From the NCBI RefSeq assembly GCF_000150275.1, contig NW_002060965.1, forward strand, positions 372,001-436,000: a DNA stretch of 64,000 bases. The letters are read 5' to 3'. The notes beneath the pieces are model-generated. The model was not told where the DNA came from. It did not search any database and saw only the letters and a list, made by a program, of their open reading frames with translations. A program made the position numbers and the translations under genes. The stretch comes from Trichoplax adhaerens (lineage: Eukaryota > Animalia > Placozoa). Positions 24,708 to 38,600 of the stretch are shown piece after piece (the first letter of the stretch is position 1; each line of letters starts with the position of its first letter).

Positions 24708-27700
24708 TGTGCCTGACCCTATCATGAATTGTTCATTATTATAATACTATGTAAACAGGACGATGCTGAATATAAATTTTGAACGTTAAATTATCGTCCG
24801 TAATTAAACTACAGTAGTCGAAACTATCAACCATCCGATGACAAATTAATATTGACAATACAGCATCGTCAAGACGATTTGAATGTAATCGATTTGGTGC
24901 CCTTTATGACTGTAATAATGCACTTTCGCTTGCTAGACGTAACAGAACAGGCCAAGATCTACTAATCTGCCCTGTAGAAAAGCCATCTTAGCAGCCAGGT
25001 AGTGATTTGCGCAATACTGTAAATCCTATAACAAATTAGAGTCGCTTGCTAACTCTAATTTCTTGTTGGTTCTACAGCATTGCGTATGCCATTGCATATT
25101 AATCATAATCAATCCAAAATACTGCTGAAAAATATCGCACTGTAGACATATTCGCGATGCGTTAAGCCAATTTTCTTAAATGCTACAAATTAATTAACAC
25201 CATTAAAATTTACTGTAAGATATGTTACTATGAAAGGCGCAATTGCTTACAGTTCAATGACAATGCTTTCATCGGCAATATTTCAAATTTCACATATCGA
25301 TTGTAGTAAGGAGTCTAACATTGAAATTTTATTTAAAAATATCGTTGTAACTTAAACATAGATAAATGTCTCCGCTTTCAAATTTCTATTACACCTAATG
25401 CTTTTTTATTTCTTTATCCCTCTCGAATTCTTAACTAATCCCCTTTAATTAATATTCAAACTAGCAGTGAGAATTACTTTATGATTTCGATGCTTAATCT
25501 ACAGTAGCAATAGCCGATCAAGCAAATCAATACTATAATTGAAAATAATGTACTATAGCTGACGCACTTTGGGAGATCCTACGGCAAACTCTATCAGTAT
25601 GTTTGCACTGTAAATCATGAGGATAAATACTGAGCGCTACTTACTATCTTGAGATTAAAATCAGATTTATATACAGATTGCTTGCCAACTGAAATGACAA
25701 GAAACGAAATCTTCTAATAATATTATACAGTAGCCTGATTACAGTATAACAATTACTTCAACGAACTAATGTGCTTTTGATATTTCTATAAGGGTTAAAT
25801 GTTAAAGTAAAATAGAGAAGGAAATTTTATTATGGCATGCAAACCATAATTAATGATTAGCAAAAAACTATAAATCCCATCAGGTGATATCCAATTTTGA
25901 TATCATCACAAATAGATTAGAATTATTAATTTTTGGATAGATTATCATTAGTAAAAATTTGAAAATATACAAGAAAATAGATTTAAATCATCATAATTTA
26001 AAGTATTATTCCTCTGCCAAAGCATTATATTTGCCTATATAATAAAGAAGAGCATTCAATGCTACTGCACTTCGTGAAAATAATATTAAAATCATTACTA
26101 ATCTCATTTATTGCAACAATGCGGTATATACTGTATTATGTGGGATTTTACACTATGCTTTTATTCAAGTACAGTTTCTATTACTGTACCGCAAGCATTG
26201 CAGGTCTACAACGTACAGTGTATACTTATTGAATTCTGATCAATCCATTAATGCTAATGTATTTTATTTTTCGTTAACTGCTAATTTATCATCACTGTAA
26301 GACAATTAATGCAATATGATGCAATTAGTAAATACAATGTTTTTCTGTATAGGCAATATAAGAAACCATGTGTTTGTAGTGTTATACAGTAGGGAGTAAC
26401 TTATCAAAAATACTAATTCCATTTTGATAATTTGATTAAAACTCTTGCAGATAATATATAAATTTTCAACCATTTAATGGTTTTAATGGTGGCAATAGAC
26501 ATTACAAAAACCTAAATCAGAACGCTACATTCGCTTTTAACTTTAGTAAATTTTTTAGCCTATCTTTGGAGGTTCATGGAAGACACACATCATGATTATC
26601 TAAAAGAAAGTCTTCAGCAACCATAAGTATATTCTCAGTAGGGTTGCTATACAAATTCCATTGGCTTTAATACTGATAATTCAATCAACTTTAATCGGAT
26701 AGGTTTATATGAATAAATATAGAATTGCTCTATAATAATGGTATATGATGACTTAAAAGGATCAAAACATATCTAATTTTCGTATATTAATGCAAATGTA
26801 TGATGAAATTCCGCATGATTGATCTAATTTTTACTCATTGATAAACCTATATTTTATATTTGCAATATGGATAAATCGTACAGTAGATAGCATAAGGGGG
26901 AGTGTTATTACTCTTTGTAAATAACTATGTAAATGTAGACTATCAATTTATTTTAGGAATTTTTTCCTTAAATGGGTCATAAACATTAATTACCACGTCA
27001 TATCTTAATAGGTAAAGTAATATCGATATAAACAATATATAATGCAACGGTAATAATATTTACATTTGAAATGTCTACATTTTGGACGCAACGTCCTGCG
27101 CTCAATTTCTATATAATAATTTTTTTATTACGCATAGAAGTAGCTCAACTACACAAAGGTAATGCAGAAATTTATTTTAAGGGTATAATTCGAATACAGT
27201 TTGGTTAAATAGTCTTTGGATTCGGTAGTGTTGGATACCAAAAAGAACTGTATAGCAATCAACGTCCTTAGCAATCATGACATAGAGTATGCAAATATGT
27301 ACATGCAATAAAGTAATCCAGTAACAATAAGTAGTTGGATGTAGGGGAGTTCGCTAGTTGTATTATTAAATAATTAATTAAAGCGGAACAACAAATTAAA
27401 TTAATTTAGATGGCTATCTCAGCGTATTATAATAGCAACAAAGATTCCGTTGTGCTATCTCAAAGTATTTAAAATCGAAGTCATAATTGTCAGGTACAAT
27501 AGATAATTTCAGCACTAGAAACGCCTCCACTAGACCATATCACAAATTAGTTTACACAATTCTACGAGAAAAGAGCCGAAAGTATAGAGTCAATTCGAGA
27601 ATTGGAATGATCTACCTGAGAATAATAATGATTAAACATGATAGAATAGTCATTAATAATTTATTAACAAATCTTTATCTGATGATTTAGATACGGTTGT

Positions 27701-30700
27701 GCATTTACCTTTCATATAAAATAATACGTCATGATAACGTTATTTATAGCAAACTATAATCTCATTATTTAAATTAATCCTTAATTAATAGATTAAATTA
27801 TTATCACAGTCTTGCTCTAGTTTTTCTAGCATAGAATTGCCATTCATAGCTACTATAAATAGGAAAATATGAAGGTAATAATAGATTGACCGCATGGATA
27901 ACATTATTGACGTAATATCTGCTTTCAATTACATATAGTTGGGAAACTGCTAGTGTACATTCAATACGAGTTCATCGCTATTTATAAATTATTTAAAGAT
28001 GAAAGTTCAAAGCATAATAAAATGGACCACTCCTACAAAATCTCTCAAAAATGTAGAAAATATCGATTTGCCTTCTAAGGTAGACTGAATAGAATCCATA
28101 CTAATGTTGATGTCTATGATGAGGTACGTCTACTCCTGTAAGAAGGATATATTGCTATCCACTATAGAACTCTATTGCAATATAGCTGCTTACTATGAAA
28201 CCCAACTAGTTTATATTTGTTACCTGAAATCGAGTAACGTGCAGCAAGGATAGCTTTGAAGAAAAAGAGGAAGAATTAGGAAATAATGAAGAATTCCATT
28301 ACGCAACTACGAAAATATTGCTTGGTATAGCAGCTACAATAGTGCTAAAGTTATGTACTTTATATTATACTAAGCTGAAGGATGAGTATTAGCTAGTGAA
28401 GAGTGCAAAGGCAGTTATAGTAAAAAGTGGAAACGACTTTATTTTATTCGCTGATTTGAAATAATATAAGGATATCTTGTCGATTATCCAATATAAATAA
28501 CTCTACCGTTTGCTATCGATCCCCTAATGGTGCAGTTATTTATCACGGCAATTTTATGTCCCAAGGAGCTAATGTAAATCTAATGAGAAGAAATTAAATA
28601 TTACACTAAGATAATAATTGGACTGTAACGCACTGATTACTCACATCGATAATTAGAGTAGACAATATTATTACGTAAAGCCATAAGGGTAGAATACGTC
28701 TAAAACTTAATTTAATTAATTACTATTCTTACTTGAATAATTTAACTCAAAATGCAGTAATCATTTTATTATTTCAGATGTAACTGCAGGTGATCATATT
28801 CATATTTATCAGTTGTAAGTTTTAGATAGTGAAGTAACAGGGATTAATAATACTTTAAAGAAGATAAAGCGAATTACATCCGTATGGGTTTATGATATCT
28901 AGTTATTTTATCTCAACTTATTTTAATGTTTTAAAGGTAAATTTTAATTTAACTGATTGGTAATTATCGATAATTAGGCATCATTAATTTATTAATGATT
29001 TGGGTAGCTTACAATATGCCTACAACGTATCCACTGTTATAAATAGTGGAAACATGTTAAGTATTGACTTTGTAACATGGTTTTAGCATTAATAAGTTTA
29101 GCTTTTGAATTATAAATATTTATACATCAAAGCATTAATATTAGATCTTTTGTTAATTATAGCATCTTAAGAAGTGAAAGAGCTAACATCTGCTTTAAAT
29201 TACTGCATATTATTACCCCATCTTATAGACTAAGATCTGTGTAACTACTAAGAATTGTTATATTTATTCTTGTTATATCTTTATAGATGATACTTTTCAA
29301 TATTGTTTACAACTTTAATAACTTCTAAGTATTATATCACATAGAACATTTGCCCTTATTTATATTTACCCTTCAGAGGAAGCAAAGGAACTACCACATA
29401 TTTTATAATCTTATTTTTACAGCTCTGAGAGGGGAATTAGGTGGGATGTAGTTATAATTGTACAATGATCAGCTACTTACTTGTTTGAAAGTCTAACCAT
29501 TGTAATCTAATTATTTGCAGTGTAAGACGGTAACTGGTAGTACGATATCGTTGCATAATTATAACAGCTATTCAGATAATTACTACATTTCTTAAATTGA
29601 TATCTACGTTGTTACTCCAAAAACTGCTTTTATCTCTTCTTTTTATATCTCTAAGCAATAGTATATTTCAAATTTTAGTATAACATTTAAAGCTTTTTAA
29701 TTATTGCATAAAATATTAGAATTTGTCTATCATTTATAGCCTTAGAGAAGTGAAAGAGCAACCATATGTTGTAAAATGTTATTGTACTTTATTTTCCATA
29801 TTCTATAAATCGATCTCTTTACAGCTATTATTAATTACCGTATAATTCTTACTATATTTCTACCAATTAATATAGGTGGGGTTTATGACAAAGTTTACAG
29901 CTTTTTAAGTATCATGTATCTCTCTATATATTTATAGCTCAATTCATTACCAGTAACTTCGTATGCAAACGTTAAAAATTACCATTGCTATCATAGCAAT
30001 TGACTATTTTTCGATTAATTCCTACTCTACTCTACTCTTGCAAGTTAATTTTAATCCACATTCATATTATTGACTAATTTTCAATTTATAATTCATATCT
30101 ACAACTGAAAGAAAATCATCGCCATATATGTAAGAATTATACTATCGATTTCTTAGGGTAGATCAAAGTTTAGGGAATAAAGAGTATTCATAAAACTAGT
30201 CATTCCTTATGCATTTTAAATTAGCTCATTGGACAAATCGCATTAGTCGTCTTACGCGTCTCTTATTGTTTATTCATACGATGATCTTAATCAAACAGTG
30301 CCAAATAATTAGCAATTAATATTCTAGAGAGTAAAAACAATATAATGTACTAGGTAGTCCTATCAGATGCTTGTGCAATTCTTTTATTTGTTACGGTACT
30401 TTATGGGCATGATTATCCCTTTCTATTCAAAAAAATTACTCTCTATTGATGTTATAAGGATTAGATATTTGAAACTTATACAGATACAACCCTATTGATA
30501 GAATAATTTCAAAAGACAGCCGCTGTACAGTAATATCTGTATACAGATTATTTGCTTTTTGCCAAAACCTACTTGAAAAACTTCCAATATTTATAGGAAT
30601 AAATAAATTCCATTAATTCTTATTATTATCCAAGCTTACAACTGTTGGCTTTGGTTTGATGCAAGCAAAAGGACAGAATCATAAATGTAATTAACCTCTC

Positions 30701-33700
30701 GTAATTAATAATAAATAACATCAATTTTTGCAATAATGAAATATTCCATCGATGACAATTCGTATAGACTTCTATTACTTTAGTTTTGAACCTTAAACTG
30801 ACATTTCTAATACTCACATAAGACATTATGGTTTTAAATTGTGCGAACTAATTGCCGGCATACGTTTTTAGAGTAAGGTGATCCAAGATAATTAATTAAT
30901 TTGAAATAAATGTTGCCTAAAGACAATCCTAGTTATACAATATGATAGGATAATTATATTAGCAAGACCATATGAAATAATTTTGAAAAAATGTTGATCA
31001 ATTACCAAGGGATGTGGCAATAATTAAATAAGAAAATTTTTAAATTCTTGCATGTTGAAAATGGCTTCATAAAAATATCTGCCTGATTCATTATGAAAGA
31101 AAACAGTCATTGAAAAACAGATACAATCTACTAAAACTTATTATAAAATTAATACTAATCTATTGAAGCTCAATAATAAATGTAGAGGTCATTCTTTGCA
31201 TCAAAGTATAAGCAACAATCTAGAAGGGTGAGAAAGTTAATTTTAAATGACCTCATGAATAGTTCCTTTAGTATCATCGTGTCGAAATAGAGTAAAAATT
31301 TTATTATTGAAGCAGTACCATTGCCAAAAGATTAAAAATCAATGCTTAAACAGTGCTGTAGTTAAGAAATAGGATAGCTAATCGATTAGAACTACATCTT
31401 ACGTCGGTAATGACGAGGACAAGATTATAAATACAAACTGCAACAATAATAATATTATCAATCGAAGTAAACGGTATTGTCAATAGTATGCCTAGTAAAC
31501 AAAGCAGCAGCATCCATATGGATATTCAATTTTGGGACTTGTTTAATTTGAGAAAACGACCTACGTAGAAAATGGGTGATAATTAAGTTAATTTTGAAAC
31601 GACCTACAGGAGTAATAGCTAAAATTGCTATTATTATTTTGGTGGTAGACTAGTTAGAGTCTACTCTATCCTATTGCATGAATTTTATTGAAATCTTATC
31701 GAGAATTATCGACAAGTATTGGCAGAATTTTAATCTAGCTAAAGTATAAACTAATTGAATACATCCACCAATAAGTTTACATTATAATCTTAATAATAAG
31801 CATTGACGTGGTAGACATTAATGCAATGTATAATGAATATAAGATCGGTTATCCAATTGTAAAACTTTCAGAATTGGACTATTGTCCTTTAATACGGCTG
31901 CATTGTACAGTAGATTTCATTTCGATTCCATTAACGTCTAAATCTATCCTCTGCAGACAAATTCCTTCGATAATTATCTTACAGAAATAACAGTAATTAA
32001 CCTTTGTGGAATTCATTTCCATATCTATTCTAGCGGCCATATATATTGTGATGACTACTAAATAAATGCTGTGGTCTTATTGCTACTTATTCATTGTCAC
32101 AGCAAATAGAGATGGAATCTGATGACAATCAGTTTATATAAACATCTTTTTCTATGGTCTAGTTTCAGTAATTGTATTATAGGATGATAAACATCTTTCT
32201 TGTCACGAGACGAGAATTGAATATATATCATTGATGGATCAGAATCACTGTCAACTATCTTCTATCCATATTATCGATTGGAATCGTTCTCCTAGTAGGA
32301 TAAACCTGCGAGCTATTGCATACTGGTTAGAGACTACATCTTAATTTATTTACTTAATTATATTTTATCTATTCATCATAAAAAGGACGAGACAGATTGC
32401 AAAATCCACCAATGCAACATTTGACCTTATCAAACCTTGGCAAAAAGCAATTTATTAATTTAAACTCCAAATTTTACTCTTTTTTTCAAGGTAGCAATAG
32501 AGCAGACTGAGGCAGAAAGATCACTTTCTACAACATTGTAGGCTAAAATACTAGTACTAAAATTGAAATGACTCATCATATTGAATATCAGCATGATCTC
32601 CTTTGAAAGGTTTTTCTATTTGTAATGATTGAAAACAGTCAATCTCGCCCTTTTAGCTTCATATCGTAAAATTGTATGCTAGCATAACGAATAGGATGGA
32701 TCAAAGTTTGTAGTAAAATCGAATCATTTAACAAATTGAATATAATCCTCGTATCGATTCGATTTCTTTTGTGAGTTCAAAATCATAATTGAAAGATTAT
32801 ATACAACTTGCTTTCTTTGCACAATAAGATCAATATCTATATCAATATGATGGATTAATACTGGCACTAAAACCCATCAATTTAGCCTAGTGAACTTCAG
32901 CATGATGTTTTAAAAGAATTTTTTCCATGTACACCTGTTCATAGGCTGCAAATCATGCTACCTTTGCTCAATAATATACTATAGTAATATGATCGCTTAA
33001 AATCGTTAACGAAAATTCAATAACCAGCATATTGAGCAGTGCTATGAGGTTAATTACAATTCTTTGTAAACATATCGATATTTGAAAGGCCCTAGATTTC
33101 CCTTTCTTTACTCAATAGAGAAAATACCTAATTTTAGGATATACTAACGAAAATTGGAGTCACGTTTCGTACGATGCTGATGATAACATTCTAATCCAAG
33201 TGTGTTATTCACCATTAATTAGAATATCATTTATTTATACTTCTCAACCTTTGAATCATTTATTTAACTTTTGAATATTCCTAACATTGTCCAATTAGCT
33301 GATCAAAGGATAAAAATGACGGAAATAACATCCTTTACGATATTTTCGGTAATAAGAAACATCTGCTTAGCTTAATTGAATAGAAATGACCCAATACCAA
33401 ATCTAATTTTAATCTTTTTCTATTTCTATACAGTCATGATTAGTCATGATTGCTGTCTTGATTTAATTGTAATTAGTTTAAGCGCTCTGTTCCGACTACT
33501 AAAAGAATAATGAAGATTATGTCGATCTATTTTATTAATCTACCTGATCAATACATTCGTCAGACCACTGTTTTGAGTTTTAGTCGAACGTGTTTTAATT
33601 AGAAAATGGAATTATTTCGGTCAAAAGTTAGAAAAATACGTATAGAATGGAGTTTTAATGAAGTATCGTTCTATTTACAATTTGAAATTTGTAGATCGAT

Positions 33701-33969
33701 TTTATTAAAATATGGATAGATGAGTTTATGATAGCACGTGCAAGGTCATATGGAATGCCAAATGTTCAAAAAGTAACAGTAAAACAGTAAGCACTCGGGA
33801 ATTTATGCAAACTCGTGTGCATATATTTACTACGCTAGTGTAGTCTAATAAGTTAAAGTTAAACAATAAATATCTTTTGATATTTATAGTGTATTAACTA
33901 AACTAATAGTGAATTTAAAATTGAATAATTCCTTTACTTTAAATAACAAATCTTGTGAGTAAATACTGA

Positions 33970-34590
33970 TAAAGCAACATAAGATGGCAAGAGATCAAAG
34001 ATTAATTTGAATAGCACATTGAAATCTGGGCGAAATTTTTAAATATATATTTTGCTTATATCCATCACGAGAGAAGATACGACATAAAATAGCAAAAGAT
34101 GAAAGAGCAATTTGAATAGCTCATTGATATCCAAACTAAACTTTTAAATCTGTTTTGCTTATATCCGCCACTAGGGAAGATACAACATAGCATAGCAAAG
34201 ATCCATTTGAATTGGCCATTGATATCTAAACTAAAGTTTTAAATATGTTTTGCTTATTTCTATCACGAGCGAAGATACAGCATAAAATAGCAAAAGATGA
34301 CGATTAATTTGAATAGCCCATTGATATCTAAACGAAACTTTTAAACATGTTTTACTTCTATGCTTCACGAGCGAAGAAACAGCATAAAATAGCAATAGAT
34401 GAAAGATCAATTTGAATAGGTCATCAATGTCCAAACGAAAGTTTTAAACATGTTTAAATCTATCCATTATGAGCGAAGATTAAACATAAAATAGCAAAAA
34501 GATGAAAGATCCATTTGAATAGCCATTATAATAGCTAAATGAAAGTTTTAAATGTTTTTTGCTTATACCCGTCACGAGTGAAAATAATAT
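33970..34590. repeat. Diverged tandem array, ~103 bp unit, ~6 copies
   Basis: tttgaat anchors at ~34006, 34111, 34206, 34308, 34411 and 34514, with shared cataaaatagcaaaagatg. Confidence 0.9.
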
Positions 34591-35214
34591 ATCTTAAAGC
34601 GTAGGAGTAGAAATAATTATATCAAAACCACTTGGAAAATTGATACACACCCGTGCGCATATACTATTTAAAGTCCAATAATGCAGTATAAAAATAAATG
34701 AATATTTTTAATAGTATCCATAAAGTAAGAAGATACAGTAAATTACTCGATTTTCCAATTTTGGGATCAATTTGATAATTCATGAATATATACCATCAAA
34801 GGGTAGCAGTAAAAATGATAAACACTTTAGAATTACCGTATAACTATTCATTTACGTCTTTAACCTTAGTTATCAGTACTGGGAAGGCAGTAAAACTAAA
34901 CCCTTTAGAACTCCGATTCTTTACAATTACAGTCACTAATTTTCGTTCTATGAGTGGATAAATGATTATGGAATGGCTTAATTAATCATTTCGTCATCAT
35001 GAATAATATTGCCGCTCATCTAGCATCATGAATTTAAAACGATTTAGATACACTTAATGCCATGTTAAGTTAAGGACTAAATTAGCATAGCTGATTGCAA
35101 GACAGTATCAATTTCCAGGTGTATAACAAATACCATCGGTAGCCGATGCTATTGACTCTATTTGACAAGGCTTACCGTAACTAATGGATGCTATTATCTG
35201 CTCTGCAATGAGAC

Positions 35215-35690
35215 TATTGTGCTGCAATAAGGTACTCGTTAATATATCCTTCTTATGGATATTCTTGGAGATGATTCAGTTACAGAAAGAAAGTTGAGTT
35301 GATCGCAATATACTGTACTATTCGATAAGCTATTTATTTCTACGAAAAATACATATTATACAGTTTACTCCTTATAAGAATAAGGTTGACAACCGATTCC
35401 ATAGTTGTAATATGCCAACTTGGTAAATTTATTTTTCTATGAGATTATCTACTCTACACCTTGGCCACTGTGCTGCAACACAGTGCTCGTTAAAATATCC
35501 TTTTTATGGATATTATTGGAGATTATTGTGCTACAGAAAGAAGGTAGAATTAATTGTAGTACTGTATACTGTACTATGTGATTGATTATTTATTTCCACG
35601 GGAGATACATACTATATAGTCATTTCTTATAATAATAAGGTTGACAGCTGGCTCCACAGCTCTCATATGCCAATTTAGTAAATTTATTTT
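35215..35690. repeat. Tandem duplication, ~250 bp x2
   Basis: tgtgctgcaa...ctcgttaa.atatcct.. at ~35218 and ~35469; both copies end gtaaatttatttttc. Confidence 0.85.
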
Positions 35691-38600
35691 TCTTCCGTAA
35701 AATAAACGATTCTATTCGTGAAGGATCCTGATAATCTCCGTATATGTACTCAGTATGGCATACATACTAAATGATATAAGCAGCATATATTCAACAACAA
35801 ATACAAGATTAATGGAAAAGAGTCCGTCCAGAGTTAAAAGAAAAATATATTCTGCGTTATGCTCTGCTCCAATATCAATTTATTATATAAGAATTACTCT
35901 ATTCTACTTATAGTAAAGATTCTTTCGAAATTTTCATTGCCCTTCTTTTGGTAAATATCTTCAACGTACAGAATTATATCGTTGTAAAGTATTTCTTACG
36001 GTTGTAGACTAATGATACTAAATATTCTCTATTTGACGGTGTTTACAGTAGCCATCCTGCTTTGCATTTCTGAAATGACATTCAATCGTTGTAATATATT
36101 GCTCAATTAAATAAATTCAAATCATGTCGTACAAAATATTATTTTCTTTCTCTTACGGTGATAAAACCTAGATTTCTATGCCCAATTTTCATTGCTATAT
36201 TATCATGATAATACAGCCTTAAATAAATCAGCGGATCTCCTTAATCTATTATATCGATAGCATATATTTTATGACCATAAAATTGACTTGTCTGTCCCCA
36301 AGCGTCTCAATCAAGACTACCATTAGCGGTTTCTGTCAAGGACTACTAGAAATCAATCGTAGTAATTTCTAGTAATCTATATCTCCGCTTTGCTAAAGGG
36401 TTGATTTGATACATCATTAGCTTGCCTCAATCGAATCAATTTTGGCTGATTGGTCACTCTATGACAGCATTTACAATAATGTTACGGTTTTTTTATTCAA
36501 AGTATTATTTACGTATAGGTGATTACTTGCTAGAGTAGAAAACGAGTTTTTGACAATTTATTGTTTCAATAGTTCAGTCCCATCGTACAATAATATAAAC
36601 TACAATTACTCAATAGACTATAGCCTATGGAATATCTTAACTATAATTTATATGTAGATGCTACTTCTTTGAACAGATTAGAGGTTGCAATGAATTTATT
36701 ATTCTATTTAACCAATACTTCTTTGCGTCACCCTGTATAATACTATTGACTCTGGAGCACATTCAATGAAACAATTTATAAGTGGAAATTTACTTGTAGT
36801 AATAGAATCAAATTTCTAATTCATCTGATCAGTCCTTTATGCATTAGTCTTAAGATACAGATTTACCGTAGGGTTCATCTTAATTTCAGCTTAAGTATAA
36901 ATGGCCATACTTTTTTAGTAGATTGGAACTACATTAATTCATTATTCAATCAGTGATACCACTAATAGCAAGATGCATTCACTCTCAGATACTTTTACTC
37001 CTGAATAGCCAATTCTTTCATTAGAATACAAGTCTCGAAATTCATTTTCCCATCCAATCAATACTTTTAGCAGTCAGATAGATTTACCAGGGATAAGTTA
37101 GACAGAAGATGGAATGTTTAACCGTTCAGGCCATTCTGTAGCGTTATGTCCGCCTATTTTTGACCGCGTGTCAGCGTAACCAACTTTAATAAACACAGTA
37201 ATAAGAAGGATAGTAACTTAATAAACAGTGTAAGTATGGATAATCAGTAGATTATGCCTTAAATCGGTGTCGTTACCAGGAATAGTTAGTTAATGAAATA
37301 AAGGATATTGAGACTGTTTTATGAATAAACTTCCAGGTCCTTTCTATAATAAACGACAGAATGAACGGATACATCAATGATATTATAATTCTTGTTTGCT
37401 GATTTATTTTGTATAAGCGAAAATTTTTTTCGCTTTTTCAATTCTGCATCCAACTCTACAGTACATCGTTTCATCATTAAATACTGACTTCTGGAGCCTG
37501 GTGCATATTACTTGTAGTAAATAGATATATTACCAAGACTACATTATTTATTGCTTCACAGGTGACATTATAATTCTTATTAGATGACATATTTCGTATC
37601 GATGAAATATTTTGGCTATTTGTTTTAATTCGCATTAATGTCTGTATCGTTCTATCGATAATATTGCCTTTCAAAGCCTAGTACTTAATACTTGTTATAA
37701 ATAGATATACTACAGTTACTATTTTGCTATTCAATCACAAGCTGATATATATCGTATAGGCGAAAATTTGGGGCTACTTTTTCCAAATCTGTATTAAAGT
37801 CTGCATGATTTATCGATAAATACTAACTTTTAGGGCGTAGTACTAATTATTTGTTGTAAATAGATATCCTACCATTGCTAGAATACCGTAGTTAGTCAAC
37901 AATTCTATGCCCGCGCCTACGGTATAAACGCAAATAACAAATTTTGGCCTGCTCAAAACTGATGAGGCTACGGGTATTGAATTTCATTTTCCAAATTGGT
38001 TTGGTAGCCTGAAATTTTTAGCTTTTGTTTCATTTTCTCCTTTTTGATATCATTCTATCAAGCTATTACTTATCCACCGACTTACTATACTGCATATAGA
38101 CTATAAATTGCCAATAGTCGCTACCTATCAAAACTATCGTCTAGGATATTTCATGGATTGCTATTATTTGCAGTAGCATGCATAGTAATTGGTTTACCAT
38201 GTGTTATGTTGTTTGCCTAGTATACGAATTATAGGAAAGAACCTTTCAATTATACATTATAATTTTACCTTGTGATACTAATTACCAGTTTCTCGGAATT
38301 GAAGCTAATCAATACCGTAATCTATGATCAATACTGAGTCAATAGGAATCAATTCTCGTACACTATGTGCTAAAAATTGAGTAAGAAATAAAACAATTTC
38401 CATAAACATTCTACTCAATCGATATTTCAATTTATAGCCAATACACACTACAGTAAATCCAACACAGACTGCTATAGTAGGGTGAAAAATGCAATCCATA
38501 TTTCGATATTCTACTCCATTAATATTCCAATCTCAAGCCTGTATTCACTAAGTTCAACACCAGTCTTTTCTACATAAAGTGCTATAAAAAGCTAAGAATT

